From Octopus sinensis (lineage: Eukaryota), in the NCBI RefSeq assembly GCF_006345805.1, contig NC_042998.1, forward strand, positions 196,106,001 through 196,170,000: DNA of 64,000 nt. The letters are read 5' to 3'. Under the pieces are notes generated by a model, which was given only the letters and a program-made list of their open reading frames with translations, did not search any database and was not told where the DNA came from. Shown one piece after another: positions 39,236-51,302 of this stretch (position 1 is the first letter of the stretch; every line of letters begins with the position of its first letter). Position numbers and translations under genes: made by a program.

Positions 39236-39445
39236 CCGGAGTAAACACATAAATGTGAAACAAGGTGGAAAAAAGAGTACTCAAATACCAGTGGTAGAGT
39301 AATATACTTTATTTAAAGCAGCAGAAAATTCAACAAAACCTGTTACTCTGAGTTTCTCGTTGCCGCAAAAACTGTCCGATGACGGCAACGGAAACTCAGA
39401 GTAACAGGTTTTGTTGAATTTTCTGCTGCTTTAAATAAAGTATAT
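39236..39445. mobile_element. Fold-back short element in (TA)n (family P); related copies at 24605-24733 and near 40748-40792
   Basis: Inverted arms tttatttaaagcagcagaaaattcaacaaaacctgttactctgagtttc and its complement; near-identical start at 24605. Confidence 0.65.
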
Positions 39446-39476
39446 ATATATTATATATATATATATAATATACACA

Positions 39477-39772
39477 ACAGATATTTATTTGTATATTACG
39501 TGTTTTTTATACACATATAACTTATATCATATATCATATATTAGCGCTTTCGTCCATTCTGGTGGATTTTTCAAATGGAGCTTAGTCCATTTGAAAAATC
39601 CACCAGAATGGACGAAAGCGCTATTATATATGTATATGATATAAGTTATATGATGTATAAAAAACACGTAATATACAAATAAATATCTGTAAATATAAAA
39701 TCATCCGAATTTCTGAGTACCTCATTTCTTCTAATATAAAATACCTGTACATCATCTCCCAACTTTCTAATA
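39477..39772. mobile_element. Family U fold-back element
   Basis: Palindrome centred near 39582; TTGAAAA-a-tcca ccagaa tgga-c-GAAA-GCGC-TA at 39591-39623. Confidence 0.65.
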
Positions 39773-39774
39773 TA

Positions 39775-40161
39775 TCTTTATATATAAAAGTGAGGTTGTG
39801 TGCTGTCTGTCTCCTACGATTTAGATTCGTAACTACTCCCACAATTTGCGGTGCAGTTTAACCAAAACGGGTATCTCATAGTCGCGATTCATATCAAGCC
39901 CTTCTGGGTATTAGCGCGCGTCTACGATGAGTCTTACGATTTAAAAAAAATTTACCATCAATTTTTCCCATTTTTAATGCATTTTGGCATATATAAGGAA
40001 GTAACTCTAAAAATTTATTATAAATCTCAGAACTAAACAGCTACAGTAACACCCCCCTTGTGGTTAGCCATATTGAGATGGCTATTATACTTTACATCTC
40101 TCTAAACTGCTTATATAGTTATTTCCCTTACAAACCCGAGCACGCCGGGCGATACTGCTAG
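39775..40161 (+). mobile_element. Non-autonomous Helitron
   Basis: 5' A|TCTTTATATATAAA, subterminal GC hairpin cccgagcacgccggg, 3' CTAG|T, no TSD. Confidence 0.85.
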
Positions 40162-40179
40162 TATAATATATATAAAACC

Positions 40180-40378
40180 ACGAAATTTTGTCAGTGAACA
40201 GGTCGCGTTCCCAAAGCGACGAAAATATTTTGGCAAACTAAATTTAATGTTGAAGTGAATCTAACGGGGTTTTTTTTTTGTGTTTCTTAAATGGCTTATA
40301 AACACTCCACGCTGCAATTGTTTTTGTTTAGGCACACAATCTCAGATCAAGTCATTTACTATTCAAATACATCTCCGT
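40180..40378 (+). mobile_element. Family G single arm with minimal hammerhead fold, inside (TA)n
   Basis: tttgtca-GTGAACA-g-gtcgc..gcgac-GAAA-ATAT-TT-tggcaaa at 40187-40237; the remainder matches 10177-10508. Confidence 0.7.
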
Positions 40379-40383
40379 ATATA

Positions 40384-40427
<44 letters not shown>

Positions 40428-40429
<2 letters not shown>

Positions 40430-40728
40430 TTTATATATAAAAGTGAAGTTGTGTGAGTGTCTGTCTCCTACGATTTAGATTCCTAACTACTCCCACATTT
40501 TGCGGTGCAGTTTAACCAAAAGCGGGTATCTTATAGTCGTTATTCATATCGAGCCCTTCTGGGTATTAGCGCGCGTCTACGATGAGTCTATTATTTAAAA
40601 AATAATTTACCATAATTTTTCCCCATTTTTAATGCATTTTTGCTATTATATAAGGGAAGTAACTCTCTAAAAATGCTTATATTGTTATTTCCCTTACAAA
40701 CCCGAGCAACGCCGGGCGATTCTGCTAG
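40428..40728 (+). mobile_element. Non-autonomous Helitron
   Basis: Same termini as 39775-40161; internal deletion derivative. Confidence 0.85.
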
Positions 40729-40842
40729 TATATAAATATATATATTTTTTATTTAAAAGCAGCAGAAATATAACAAAAGCCGTTCGTCGGGCGTGCGTGC
40801 GTGTGTACGTATATATGTGACACACACACACGCACGCACACG

Positions 40843-40908
<66 letters not shown>

Positions 40909-41354
40909 TATGAGAAAAACTTGGGAAAAGATTTTTGAAGTCACAGCTTCAATCAGTGACTGTCCTTTCTGGAGAAACCAACCCGAAAAGTAAAACAGAA
41001 GATGACCCCCCCCCCCCCCAGCAATGTCTGTGAGTCTGTGAGACAACGTCAGCTCTTCTTATATTTTAATTTCTTTCGCCGAAGAAAACAAAGCAACTCA
41101 ATATTTCTTTTTTCCTCTTCATCTTTTTTTTCTTTTAAACGAAATGTATTGTCTTTCACACAACATGAATATTTATAGCGTATTTAACCTATATCTCCAT
41201 ATCTCTTGTCAAGAGATACGAATGAAAGAGAGCGGTAACATTTCAAAATAGACGCACATATTTTATCTGCACTGTCAACTTAAAACCAGATATATATATA
41301 ATCTCGTGAGGTGTGCCTGAGAAAATTACTCAAAAACATAATCATGATTATAGT

Positions 41355-42150
41355 TCCATTATTTACAATTGACGGATATTTGTCCTCATCTTGTTTGTTG
41401 TTAACACAATGTTTCAGCTGATATACCCTCCAGCCTTCATCAAGTGTCTTGGGTAAATTTCGAACCTGGGTTTTCATTCCTAAGGCATCAACTTTTTCAA
41501 GTTTCACTTGAAAAGGAAGATGAGGTTAGAGAGGAGAGTGCTGTCCGATAGCAAGTTTTCTGAAAGGTGGGTGAATTGTGCGAGGATGGCCAGTATAAAT
41601 GGACCAATTCTCAGGTTTCGCCTGTGATTGAAAAAGGTTTTATAGAAGGAGAAAGGGGCTCTCTACCCCGCTTTTGACTAGGCTCCCGTTGGCTTTTATG
41701 GGGTTTTTTCCACCAGGAACCTTCCGTAACGCCTCCCCCTATTGGAAGTTTTTCGTTGTTATATTATTTGATTGTTACACTGTTTTTACACGATTTTTTC
41801 AAAAACGGACAAAACCCTTTGTAACCTTTCGTCCTGTTTTGTCCCTTTATGTTTCCTAATCATGTGTGTCAGCCCTTGTGGCCAATAAAAAGAATTAATT
41901 ATTATTATTATTATTCAGGTCACTGCCTGGAATCGAACTCGGAATCTTGGGGTTAGTAGCCCTCGCTCGTAACCACTACGCCATATGCCTGTGGGCAATT
42001 ATGGAGTGAATATTTTTTTAGGGCTTCTAAACCTAATATTTTCCTATCCTTCCTTAGTATGCTATTCATATCTGCATTCCGTCTGCTTAGGAGGTTGTTA
42101 TATCCATCAAATGTAAATAATGTACATAATTCCTCATCTCTTAAATATAG
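41355..42150 (-). mobile_element. Family A unit split by a LINE 3' fragment
   Basis: Body with mutated core (TTGATGA) at 41403-41448; head 41915-41996; inverted tail 42100-42150; interrupted by 41487-41915. Confidence 0.7.
41487..41915 (+). mobile_element. Shorter 3' fragment of the same LINE family
   Basis: catcaactttttcaagtttc.cttgaaaaggaag shared with the copy near 42593; same tail. Confidence 0.7.
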
Positions 42151-42151
42151 C

Positions 42152-42978
42152 GTTCTGCAGAGGGCTTGTGGGAGGAAAATGCGATGACATTCTCCGGGAA
42201 ACCGAGGGCGTCGATGAGGATCAACTAACCGGTCTATTTCGGAGAACTTCCAGAAATCCCTTACTTCGCAGTGCTACTGAGGGGCGCTGCCTGTTCGGGT
42301 TAAACTTTACAAGCACGAAAGTGCCGTCAGCCAGAACGATGAAACCGTTTTGCACGCCCTAGTCCAGTGCCCGAGTATTGCTGACCTGTGGGTTTGTGTC
42401 GAACACCTGCTGTCGCGTGCAAGGACGGATCCGGATATCAGCTGAATCCATTGTGAAGATTGCCCCGCCGCCCTCTTTTGGCCAGGAGGGACAGGCAATT
42501 TTTATTTGTCTAGTGGCTGTAGCGAAAGAGGTAGTATGGTGGACCCATTTGAAAGGGCTAAAGACAGACAGTTTCCTCTTTGGCCAAGCCCTCATCAACT
42601 TTTTCAAGTTTCCCTTGAAAAGGAAGTTGACGGTGAAGAGGGAAGTGTTGCCTTGGTAAGTTTGTTGAAAGGTGGGGGAATGTTGGAAAGGACCAGTGTG
42701 AAGGGACCAATTCTGAGCTTGCACCTGTAAAAAGGGAATCAAAGGAGAAGGTCTATTGCCCTGTTGTTCAGGCACCCGTAGCTTTTGTGGGGTTTTCCAA
42801 GAGGACCTTAAAGCGCCTCCTTTCTTGGAAGTTTTAATTTGTTCAATTTTTATTGTTATTACATTGTGTACACGCGGAAAACCCATTGTATCGTCCTGTT
42901 TTTCTGTCTTTTATGTTGTATATCATTTCATGTTTTTGCATGTGAGCCCTTGTGGCTAATAAAAGATTATTATTATTA
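42152..42978 (+). mobile_element. L1/Tx1-type LINE 3' fragment (ORF2 C-terminal zinc-knuckle region plus 3' UTR)
   Basis: Translates ...GALPVRVKL...ETVLHALVQCPSIADLW...AKEVVWW; ends gcccttgtggctaataaaag(att)n. Confidence 0.7.
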
Positions 42979-43014
42979 TGGTGGTGGTGGTGGTGGTGAT
43001 GGTGATGGTGATGG

Positions 43015-43050
<36 letters not shown>

Positions 43051-43057
43051 CGACGAT

Positions 43058-43992
43058 GGCGGCGGCGACGGCCTAGCAGAATTGTTAGCGCGCTGGACAA
43101 AATGCTTAGCTGTGTTTCGTCTGCCGCTACGCTTTGAGTTCAAATTCCGCTGAGGTCGACTTTGCCTTTCGGGGTCGATATAATCGACTTAATCCCTTTG
43201 TCTCTCCTTGTTTGTCCCCTCTGTGTTTAGCCCCTTGTGGATAGTAAAGAAATAGGCATTTCGTCTGCCGCTACGTTCTGAGTTCAAATTCCGCCGAGGT
43301 CGACGTTGCCTTTCATCCTTTCGGAGTCGATAAATTAAGTACCAGTTATGCACTGGGGTCGATATAATCGACTTAATCCGTTTGTCTCTCCTTGTTTGTC
43401 CCCTCTGTGTTTAGCCCCTTGTGGGTAGTAAAGAAATAGGTATTTCGTCTGCCGTTACGTTGTGAGTTCAAATTCCGCCGAGGTCGACTTTGCCTTTCAT
43501 CCTTTCGGGGTCGATAAATTAAGTACCAGTTACGCACTGGGGTCGATGTAATCGACTTAATCCGTATGTCTGTCCTTGTTCGTCCCCTCTGTGTTTAGTC
43601 CCTTGTGGGTAGTAAAGAAATAGGTATTTCGTCTGCCGTTACGTTCTGAGTTCAAATTCCGCCGAGGTCGACTTTGCCTTTCATCCTTTCGGGGTCGATA
43701 AATTAAGTACCAGTTACGCACTGGTGTCGATATAATCGACTTAATCCGTTTATCTGTCCTTGTTTGTCCCCTCTGTGTTTAGTCCCTTGTGGGTAGTAAA
43801 GAAATAGGTATTTCGTCTGCCGTTACGTTCTGAGTTCAAATTCCGCCGAGGTCGACTTTGCCTTTCATCCTTTCGGGGTCGATAAATTAAGTACCAGTTA
43901 CGCACTGGGGTCGATGTAATCGACTTAATCCGTCTGTCTGTCCTTGTTTGTCCCCTCTGTGTTTAGCCCCTTGTGGGTAGTAAAGAAATAGG
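43058..43992 (+). repeat. Head-to-tail array of five family M SINE bodies, 184-bp period
   Basis: gtaaagaaatagg recurs at 43244, 43428, 43612, 43796 and 43980; a single head near 43058. Confidence 0.92.
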
Positions 43993-44107
43993 TGCATACG
44001 GACGAAATCCCGCTAAGCAATTTTGCCCGCTTGCCGCCTTACTTAATACAGAAATATTCCAGGATATCTTGGAATATAGCAGTGTTCCATTACATCCTTT
44101 GATACCC

Positions 44108-44164
<57 letters not shown>

Positions 44165-44172
44165 CCTACTCA

Positions 44173-44539
44173 TCTCTCTATATATAAACGGCAGTTTGTC
44201 TGTGTGTGTGTCTGTTAGGTTGTACCGTCACCCTGACCACGGCTTTCAACCGATTCTGATGAAACTTGACACACACATAGCCCAATGTCATAATTCAAAA
44301 CTAACGCAGCGAAAATTTTGAAAATTTCCCCCAGTTCTGAAAAAAATCGATAAATTCGATATGGGGTCGAGAATCAGAAACACAAACCACAGACTGTCTA
44401 GGGGATGCAACTCCACCTTTTTAACTCTCAAACAAAAATTTAGCATAATTTTTTTTCCATTTTTTTGGCTATAACTCTCTAAAAATGCTTTATAGTTATT
44501 TCCCTTACAAACCCGAGCAACGCCGGGCGATACTGCTAG
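44173..44539 (+). mobile_element. Non-autonomous Helitron with a different 5' half
   Basis: A|TCTCTCTATATATAAA...cccgagcaacgccgggcgatactgCTAG|T. Confidence 0.82.
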
Positions 44540-44828
44540 TCTATCGATAAAATAAATAACAATTGGAGACTGGGGTCGATGTAATCGACTTACCACACAT
44601 TACCCCGAAACTGTTGGCCTCGTACCAACATTTGAATCCAATCTTTCTGTTTTGAGTATGGTAAAACACTTAGACATGCTAGGGTATTAGATTAAACGTT
44701 GGAATACTGCTGTGGTAACCAGGTTGGATCTGTTTAATTCCCGTTGAGGCAGCTAATATATAATTTCAATGCCCGATTCCACTGAACCCTATCGTATTTA
44801 GAAAGTATAGGAATATATAGATATATAT

Positions 44829-44872
<44 letters not shown>

Positions 44873-45061
44873 CTATAATTGGCTGGGTTGCTAGCAGTTT
44901 AATAGATAGTGCATAGTTTTAGATGGAAATAGCGTGTAAATATAGGAAGGTATATAGAGACAGATCGATGTATATAATCACAGATAAATCGATAAATTGA
45001 CACATAGATGATTGATAGACAGATAAATACATCGACGGATAGTATATAGATGCCTAACATT

Positions 45062-45073
45062 TAGATAGATAGG

Positions 45074-45151
<78 letters not shown>

Positions 45152-45276
45152 GTAGGTAGGTAGGTTGGTTGATAGATAGGTAGATAGGTTGATAGATAGG
45201 TAGATAGATAGATGGATAGATGAGTAGGTAGATAGATGGATAGACAGGTAGATAGATAGATGGATAGATGAGTAGG

Positions 45277-45324
<48 letters not shown>

Positions 45325-45396
45325 CAGGTAAGTTGATAGATAGGTAGGTAGGTAGGTTGATAGATAGGTAGATAGATAGATGGATAGATGAGTAGG

Positions 45397-45457
<61 letters not shown>

Positions 45458-45476
45458 GGATGGATGGATGAGTAGG

Positions 45477-45512
<36 letters not shown>

Positions 45513-45600
45513 CAGATAGGTAGGTAGGTAGATAGATAGATAGATAGATAGATATATAGTTAGGTAGGTAGATGGGTAGATAGATAGATATTATATAGAT
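45062..45600. repeat. (GATA)n/(GGTA)n tract
   Basis: Direct reading. Confidence 0.95.
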
Positions 45601-46526
45601 GGATATATTGGTTGAAATTAGTTACACCCTTAAGCACCATCTGTTCTGTTTTAGCCTTAATTCTCCAGACATTACTCCAACAGTATCTATATTTATTCAG
45701 CTTCACCGAACTCTCCTCCATAACACAATTCCTTCATCTCTCCCACTCTCATCAGTCCCCCACCCCCACCCCCCGCTCTCTACTTCGTGCTCCACAATAA
45801 TGTGTTGCTTCCCCCCATCGGAATTCAATCTCCAATCCATGTTTCCCTTCCGCAGCCTTTCTGCCTCCCCCGCACAAACCCCCCCCTCCTCCCCCTCGAA
45901 GCTTACGTCACCGACCGACCGTTGCTATGGGTTACTCAGCTCAACCCATTAGAACGCTGCTCGCTTCGTTGGCAATTGCTATAGAAGCTCGTCACGGTTC
46001 GCTTCAGAACACTCTCGTGCGATGGCGGCTGGCGCTGGAGTGAAAAAAATAACAATCAAATAACAATAACGGAATAAAATAAAACCCGGAGCGATAATCG
46101 AGTAATTTCCGCCTGTAAAAGACTGCAAATGTTTCACTTTAAGACTTAAAACTTGTGGAATTAGTCAACTTTTAGTTAAGCCCTTTGCAAATGTTCATTG
46201 TTAATATTCATTTCATTTCATAAAGAAAGTTTATGGCTGTTGGGATTTTCACCTGCAAAGTGATCCAAGGAAAAGGAAAACGATGCTATTATTTTCCGTG
46301 ATGTTTGCTTCTCGTAAATTCTCTCTCAACACTCGAACGCACACATACAAACTGTGTCTCAAGCGCTGCTTCTTTCACAGCCTGTTGTACGAATTAGACA
46401 TGCGATATTTCATGTCACGATTGAAACCAGAGAATTTCAATCGATGTGCCGCCGCAGCTTACTACTGTGGTGCCGCCGATTATAATGAATTTAGATCGAT
46501 GTGCCACATCTTACTATTATGGAAGC

Positions 46527-46891
46527 GTCGTCTGCCGCTACGTTCTGAGTTCAAATTCCGCCGAGGTCGACTTTGCCTTTCATCCTTTCGGGGGTCGATA
46601 AATTAAGTACCAGTTACGCACTGGAGTCGATATAATCGACTTAATCCGTTTGTCTGACCTTTTTTGTCTTCTCTGTGTTTAGCCCCTTGTGGGTAGTAAA
46701 GGAATAGGTATTTCGTTTGTTTTTTACGTTCTGAGTTCAAATTCCGCCGAGGTCGACTTTGCCTTTCGTCCTTTCGGGGTCGATAAATTAAGTACCAGTT
46801 ACGCACTGGAGTCGATATAATCGACTTAATCCGTTTGTCTGTCTTTGTTTGTCCTCTCTGTGTTTAGCCCTCTTGTGGGTAGTAAAGAAAC
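46527..46891 (+). mobile_element. Family M tandem dimer
   Basis: Two ~184-bp bodies with the same aataggtatttcgt junction as the 43 kb array. Confidence 0.85.
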
Positions 46892-48206
46892 AGATAATAG
46901 TGTGTCACAGTTTACTGCAGTGGTGCCGCCGACATTAGTGGATTTTCATCAGTGTGTGCCATGGCTTACTACTGCGATGTCGCCCATAATAATGAATTGA
47001 GGTGCCGCGATTGTGTAAAAGATTTGAAATCCAAACATCAGACATTATATTCGCAGAGCAGAGATGTTGCGATGTTCATGCTGTATGTAAAATCACAAGA
47101 TTCGATTCGAGAGTTGAAATCAGTTCATGACAGAAACACCGAATCAATAAACTTTTTGATCTTAGAATTTATGGTGCAAAGGTGTATGTATGACTTTGTG
47201 TGTGTATGTGTGTGTGATACAGTGGGTTTTTTTTATATATATAAGTAGATGTGTCATTGTATCGTCATCGCTGAATTTGTAGTCTTTTAATCCGTTGAAT
47301 CTTTTTGGTTTGATTAGTACTTCTATGGCGTTCCTAAATTCACTTTGATCATTCTGGTCTTTGATCTTGCTGATTTTAATGGAATCGATACAAATAAAAA
47401 TAATGATAATAATAATAGCAATCGGTGTTCTATTTAATACCCGTTTCTGACACATGCTCACGTGCACTGGCTTCATACACCGACAGTTCTATGTCACCGT
47501 GGTCTGGTCTGTAAGTCTTTTAGCATAAATTTGGTTTACTTTTCACAATTTCTCGGTCCATTTATAAAGTCACTATTCTTCTTTTAAAGGTGGGGGAGGA
47601 CACTAAAAACTAAAAATGTACTATTTTTATTTGGTATTTGTGGGCGAAGAGCATCTTTTGAACCGAGCTAATTGAAAGAAGTCTTTGAGACATTTTTTCC
47701 GTTTAAAATTTTAAAATATCTGTTTAATGGAAACTTTTCAAGCCTTCATTTTTGTCATTTTATACATACACACACACACACACACGAAACACGCTGGAGT
47801 TGAACTAGGGACAGCTGATGAAGGGGATTTTTCCTTGTGTAGTTTGTCTTGTACTCTGGTTTTTTTTTCGTTTAGGTCCGTTTCCACGTTTGTTTTTACG
47901 TTTTCGTTTCTCGTTGAGTTCTACGTCTATTTGTGGTGTCCTGTACTCACGTATATATATATTTATATATGCATGTATATATACATGTAGATGTAGGTAC
48001 GTACATATATGTATGTATGTATGCATATATTTTATTTATTACACTATTGTATGACTGAGCGCCCTCGCGTTATTCGATTCGTTTTCGTTTCGTTTCGTTT
48101 CATCTCCTCCAAGTAAGTTTTGTTATATATATATTTGTCTTACCTAAAATTCAAGTTTCCCTCTCACTGTTATATACAATCGAGTTAAAAATGTAAACTG
48201 TCCTGA

Positions 48207-48580
48207 CGCAGGCATGTCTGCGTGGTAAGAAGCTTGTCTCGTAACCATATGGTTCCGGGTTCAGTCCCACTGCGTGGCACATTGGGCAAGTGTTTTCTGC
48301 TATAGTCTCGGGCCGACCAAAGCTTTGTGAGTGGATTTGGTAGACAGGAACTGAAAGAAGACGATCGTGTGTGTGTGTATATGTTCCTCACCCACCCCAG
48401 CTTGACGGGGAGTGTTGGTGTGTTTACGTTCCCGTAACTTAGCGGTTCTACAAAAGATACCGATAGAATAAGTACCAGGCTTTAAAAAAACATTAGGCCG
48501 ATTCGTTCGAGTAAAAATTCTTCAATGTGGTGCTCCAGCATGGTCACAGTCTAATGACTGAAACAAGTGAAAGATAAAAG
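48207..48580 (+). mobile_element. SINE family B, diverged
   Basis: Match to family B. Confidence 0.75.
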
Positions 48581-48637
48581 ACTGTCTTTGATGCCATTTG
48601 AAAGTGGTTTCGATTCTCACTTAGGTCGCCGTGTTAA

Positions 48638-49168
48638 CCCATTAACTGCCAAATTTTTTAATGCATATTTTTTGGCTTTGCCTGGTGTCTGAGGAGTTCA
48701 AATAATAATATAGTATTTAAATTTTCTTCATGTGTGAATTATTTTGGAAATTCTGATAAATTTTTCGAAAAGTCCCAAATGGGGATCGCTGAAAAAAAGC
48801 ATATTTATCCCTTTCTATTCAATTGTAATAATAAACATTTTAGTTTGTTTTTAAACTATGGTTTCGAATGCGAATGTGTATGAAATATCAATGAATGATA
48901 AAGATGGGAAATGCAAAAAAAAAAAAAAAGAAAGAAAAAGGTTTTCAAAACAGTCAATATTTTTGTGGTTCAAAAATTGTGATTTATGACATAAAATGTC
49001 CTCTGGAATTAGCCAGAGCTAATAATGACAAACTTTAATTACTAAATATTGTTAAACACACCTCTGCAGATGCAATGGACATAAGTAATCCCCTTTAAAT
49101 ACAACGAACAACCGGCAGTGAGACTGTTTGTAGGAGATCCCTAAATGGGGCTCATGGCAGGCAATGGA
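48638..49168. mobile_element. piggyBac-type MITE
   Basis: TTAA-cccattaactgcc ... ggcaggcaatgga-TTAA. Confidence 0.55.
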
Positions 49169-50372
49169 TTAATTTCTGCTCCTCTGAAATATTGAAACTT
49201 GTGTCTTTGGCTTAGGTCCGTCATGACCCTACTGGGACTCATAGCACCGGAACTTAACCCGGTTTCCTTAGTGTGTAAGTGAAGTAGATTATAAAATTCC
49301 CCACCTCCTGGAGAGGACGCCAGTCCGTCGCAGTGTTAACTTCCCAGCTTACTGCTGGAACTCAGTTACAGCTAAGCGGAAGTGGAGCAACGTGATTTTA
49401 AAGTGTTTTGCCGTATTTCGTCCGTCTTTACGTTCATAGCTTAAATTCTGCTGGGGTCGATGAAATAAATACCAGTTGAGCACTGGGGTCGATATAGTCG
49501 ACTTCCTCAAGTTTCAGGCCTTGTGCCTCCAGTAGAAAAGATTATTATTTTTATTAATATTATTTAATTCACAGTTCGTCGTCAATATTTATGGATTTCT
49601 TTTGACTTGCTACACATTTCTTGATTTAAAATTCCGCTTTTGTTTTATTTTCCTTTTCGTTAGACTCTGGGCTGAAAACCATGTAAAACCATTGTTAATT
49701 TAAACATACCTCTAATATCTTCATCTTGAAACGTGATAAGAATATTTTTACAGTACGTTTAATTCACACAGACGAGATGTTGCAAACCCGACAACTTAAA
49801 ACCGAAATCTGGGGGTGATTAATCACGCAGCTTAAAAGTTCAACATTGTAGCCAAGTGGTTATAGTGTTTGGCTCGCGACCATAAGGTCGTGGGTTCAAA
49901 TTCTAGGCCGGGCCGTGTTCTGTGTCACTTTATTTCACTTTGCGCCAGTCTATTCCAGTGGAAACAAGTAACAGCTAGTTGCTTGTGCAGCTTTCTCTCT
50001 CTTTCCAGTTGCCACACCCTGAATGTGATAGCCGGATCAAACATAACCGAGGCCCAAGAAGGGGTGCAGGTTTCTGGCAGCCACATTAACATATGCGGCA
50101 GTTAGCGAAAGCGTGGTTCAGGCGACCAAAGCCGTACTGGCTGGCTGCGTGTGAATTATAGTTTCTGTAATGGAAAAAATAATTGTTTCTTAAATTGGGG
50201 AGGCAACCACAAATTATTGTTTTTAAAGAGAAAAGAAAATGTGAAGTCGTACTCATTCCTTTCTTAAGAGCTTTAACTGTTTAATAACAGCGAAGGGGTT
50301 TTCTGTGAAAAAGTTGCGCAGCTAAGGGGACGAAGGGGTGGCGCTTTTGGGTCTGCTATATAAGCCTGTATA

Positions 50373-50585
50373 AGGCGGCGAGCTGGCAGAATCGTTAGAG
50401 CGCCGGGCGAAACGCTTAGCGGTATTTCGTCTGCCGCTACGTTCTGAGTTCAAATTCCGCCGAGGTCGACTTTGCCTTTCATACTTTCGTGGTCGATAAA
50501 ATAAGTACCAGCTGAATACTGGGGCCAATGTAATCGACTTAATCCCTTTGTCTGTCTTTAGCCCCTTGTGGGCAACAAAGAAATA
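50373..50585 (+). mobile_element. SINE family M with target-site duplication
   Basis: Flanked by tatataagcctgtata on both sides. Confidence 0.85.
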
Positions 50586-51302
50586 TATATAAGCCTGTAT
50601 AGAGGGCGAGAAGGGGGCGTGGGAGAAAACTCAAGGGCTTCCCGTGGGAGCATATACTCAAGCAACGCCAATACAATGAAAATATAAATATAAAACAAAA
50701 TAAGGCCCCCACATTTTTAGGTGGGTGCAGTCATTTTAACCTACCCAGGGGATTTAAACTCAGAGCGTAAAAGGACTAACTAAACACCACAAGGTATTTA
50801 TTCCGTTGTGCAAGGTTTCTCACTTTGCGAAAGAAATATATATGGCTGACATGACCTTCAAAATAGACTCCTGCTATCTTTAAAGAAACACATTAAATAG
50901 TGTAGTCGTAGGTACACTATGCCTGAAAAGAGGACGGTATGGTCATCATGGATAGATTGTCTTTGTTGCGGATCTGCTTCGATTTGGGGAGATTTGTGAA
51001 GTTAGTGGATAGGGTGGTGCGTTCATAATCGCAAGAGTGTGGTCTCGATTCCCGGACTGGGGAGGTGCGTTGTATTCTGGAACGAAACACTTCATTTCAC
51101 GTTGCTTTAACCGATACAGAAGGAAACGGGTGACCCTGCGATAGACTAGCGTCCCATCCAGTGGCATGTTCTGATATCGGTAACTTTTAAGCCATGGAAA
51201 CCAGTTAACTGGCCCTAAGAACCCACCCCAGGACTCGAGACAGTAATGCCCAAGATTCGACGATGATGAAGATAGACATGGGTCTGCCTGGATTAACAAA
51301 GA

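Noticed and set aside
43058-43992. Regular array resembling CRISPR
   Set aside because: Whole 184-bp units repeat with no unique spacers; eukaryotic SINE sequence; no cas genes.
47810-47850. gacagCTGATGAaggggatttttcctt hammerhead-like start
   Set aside because: No GAAA follows the hairpin, so the core is incomplete.
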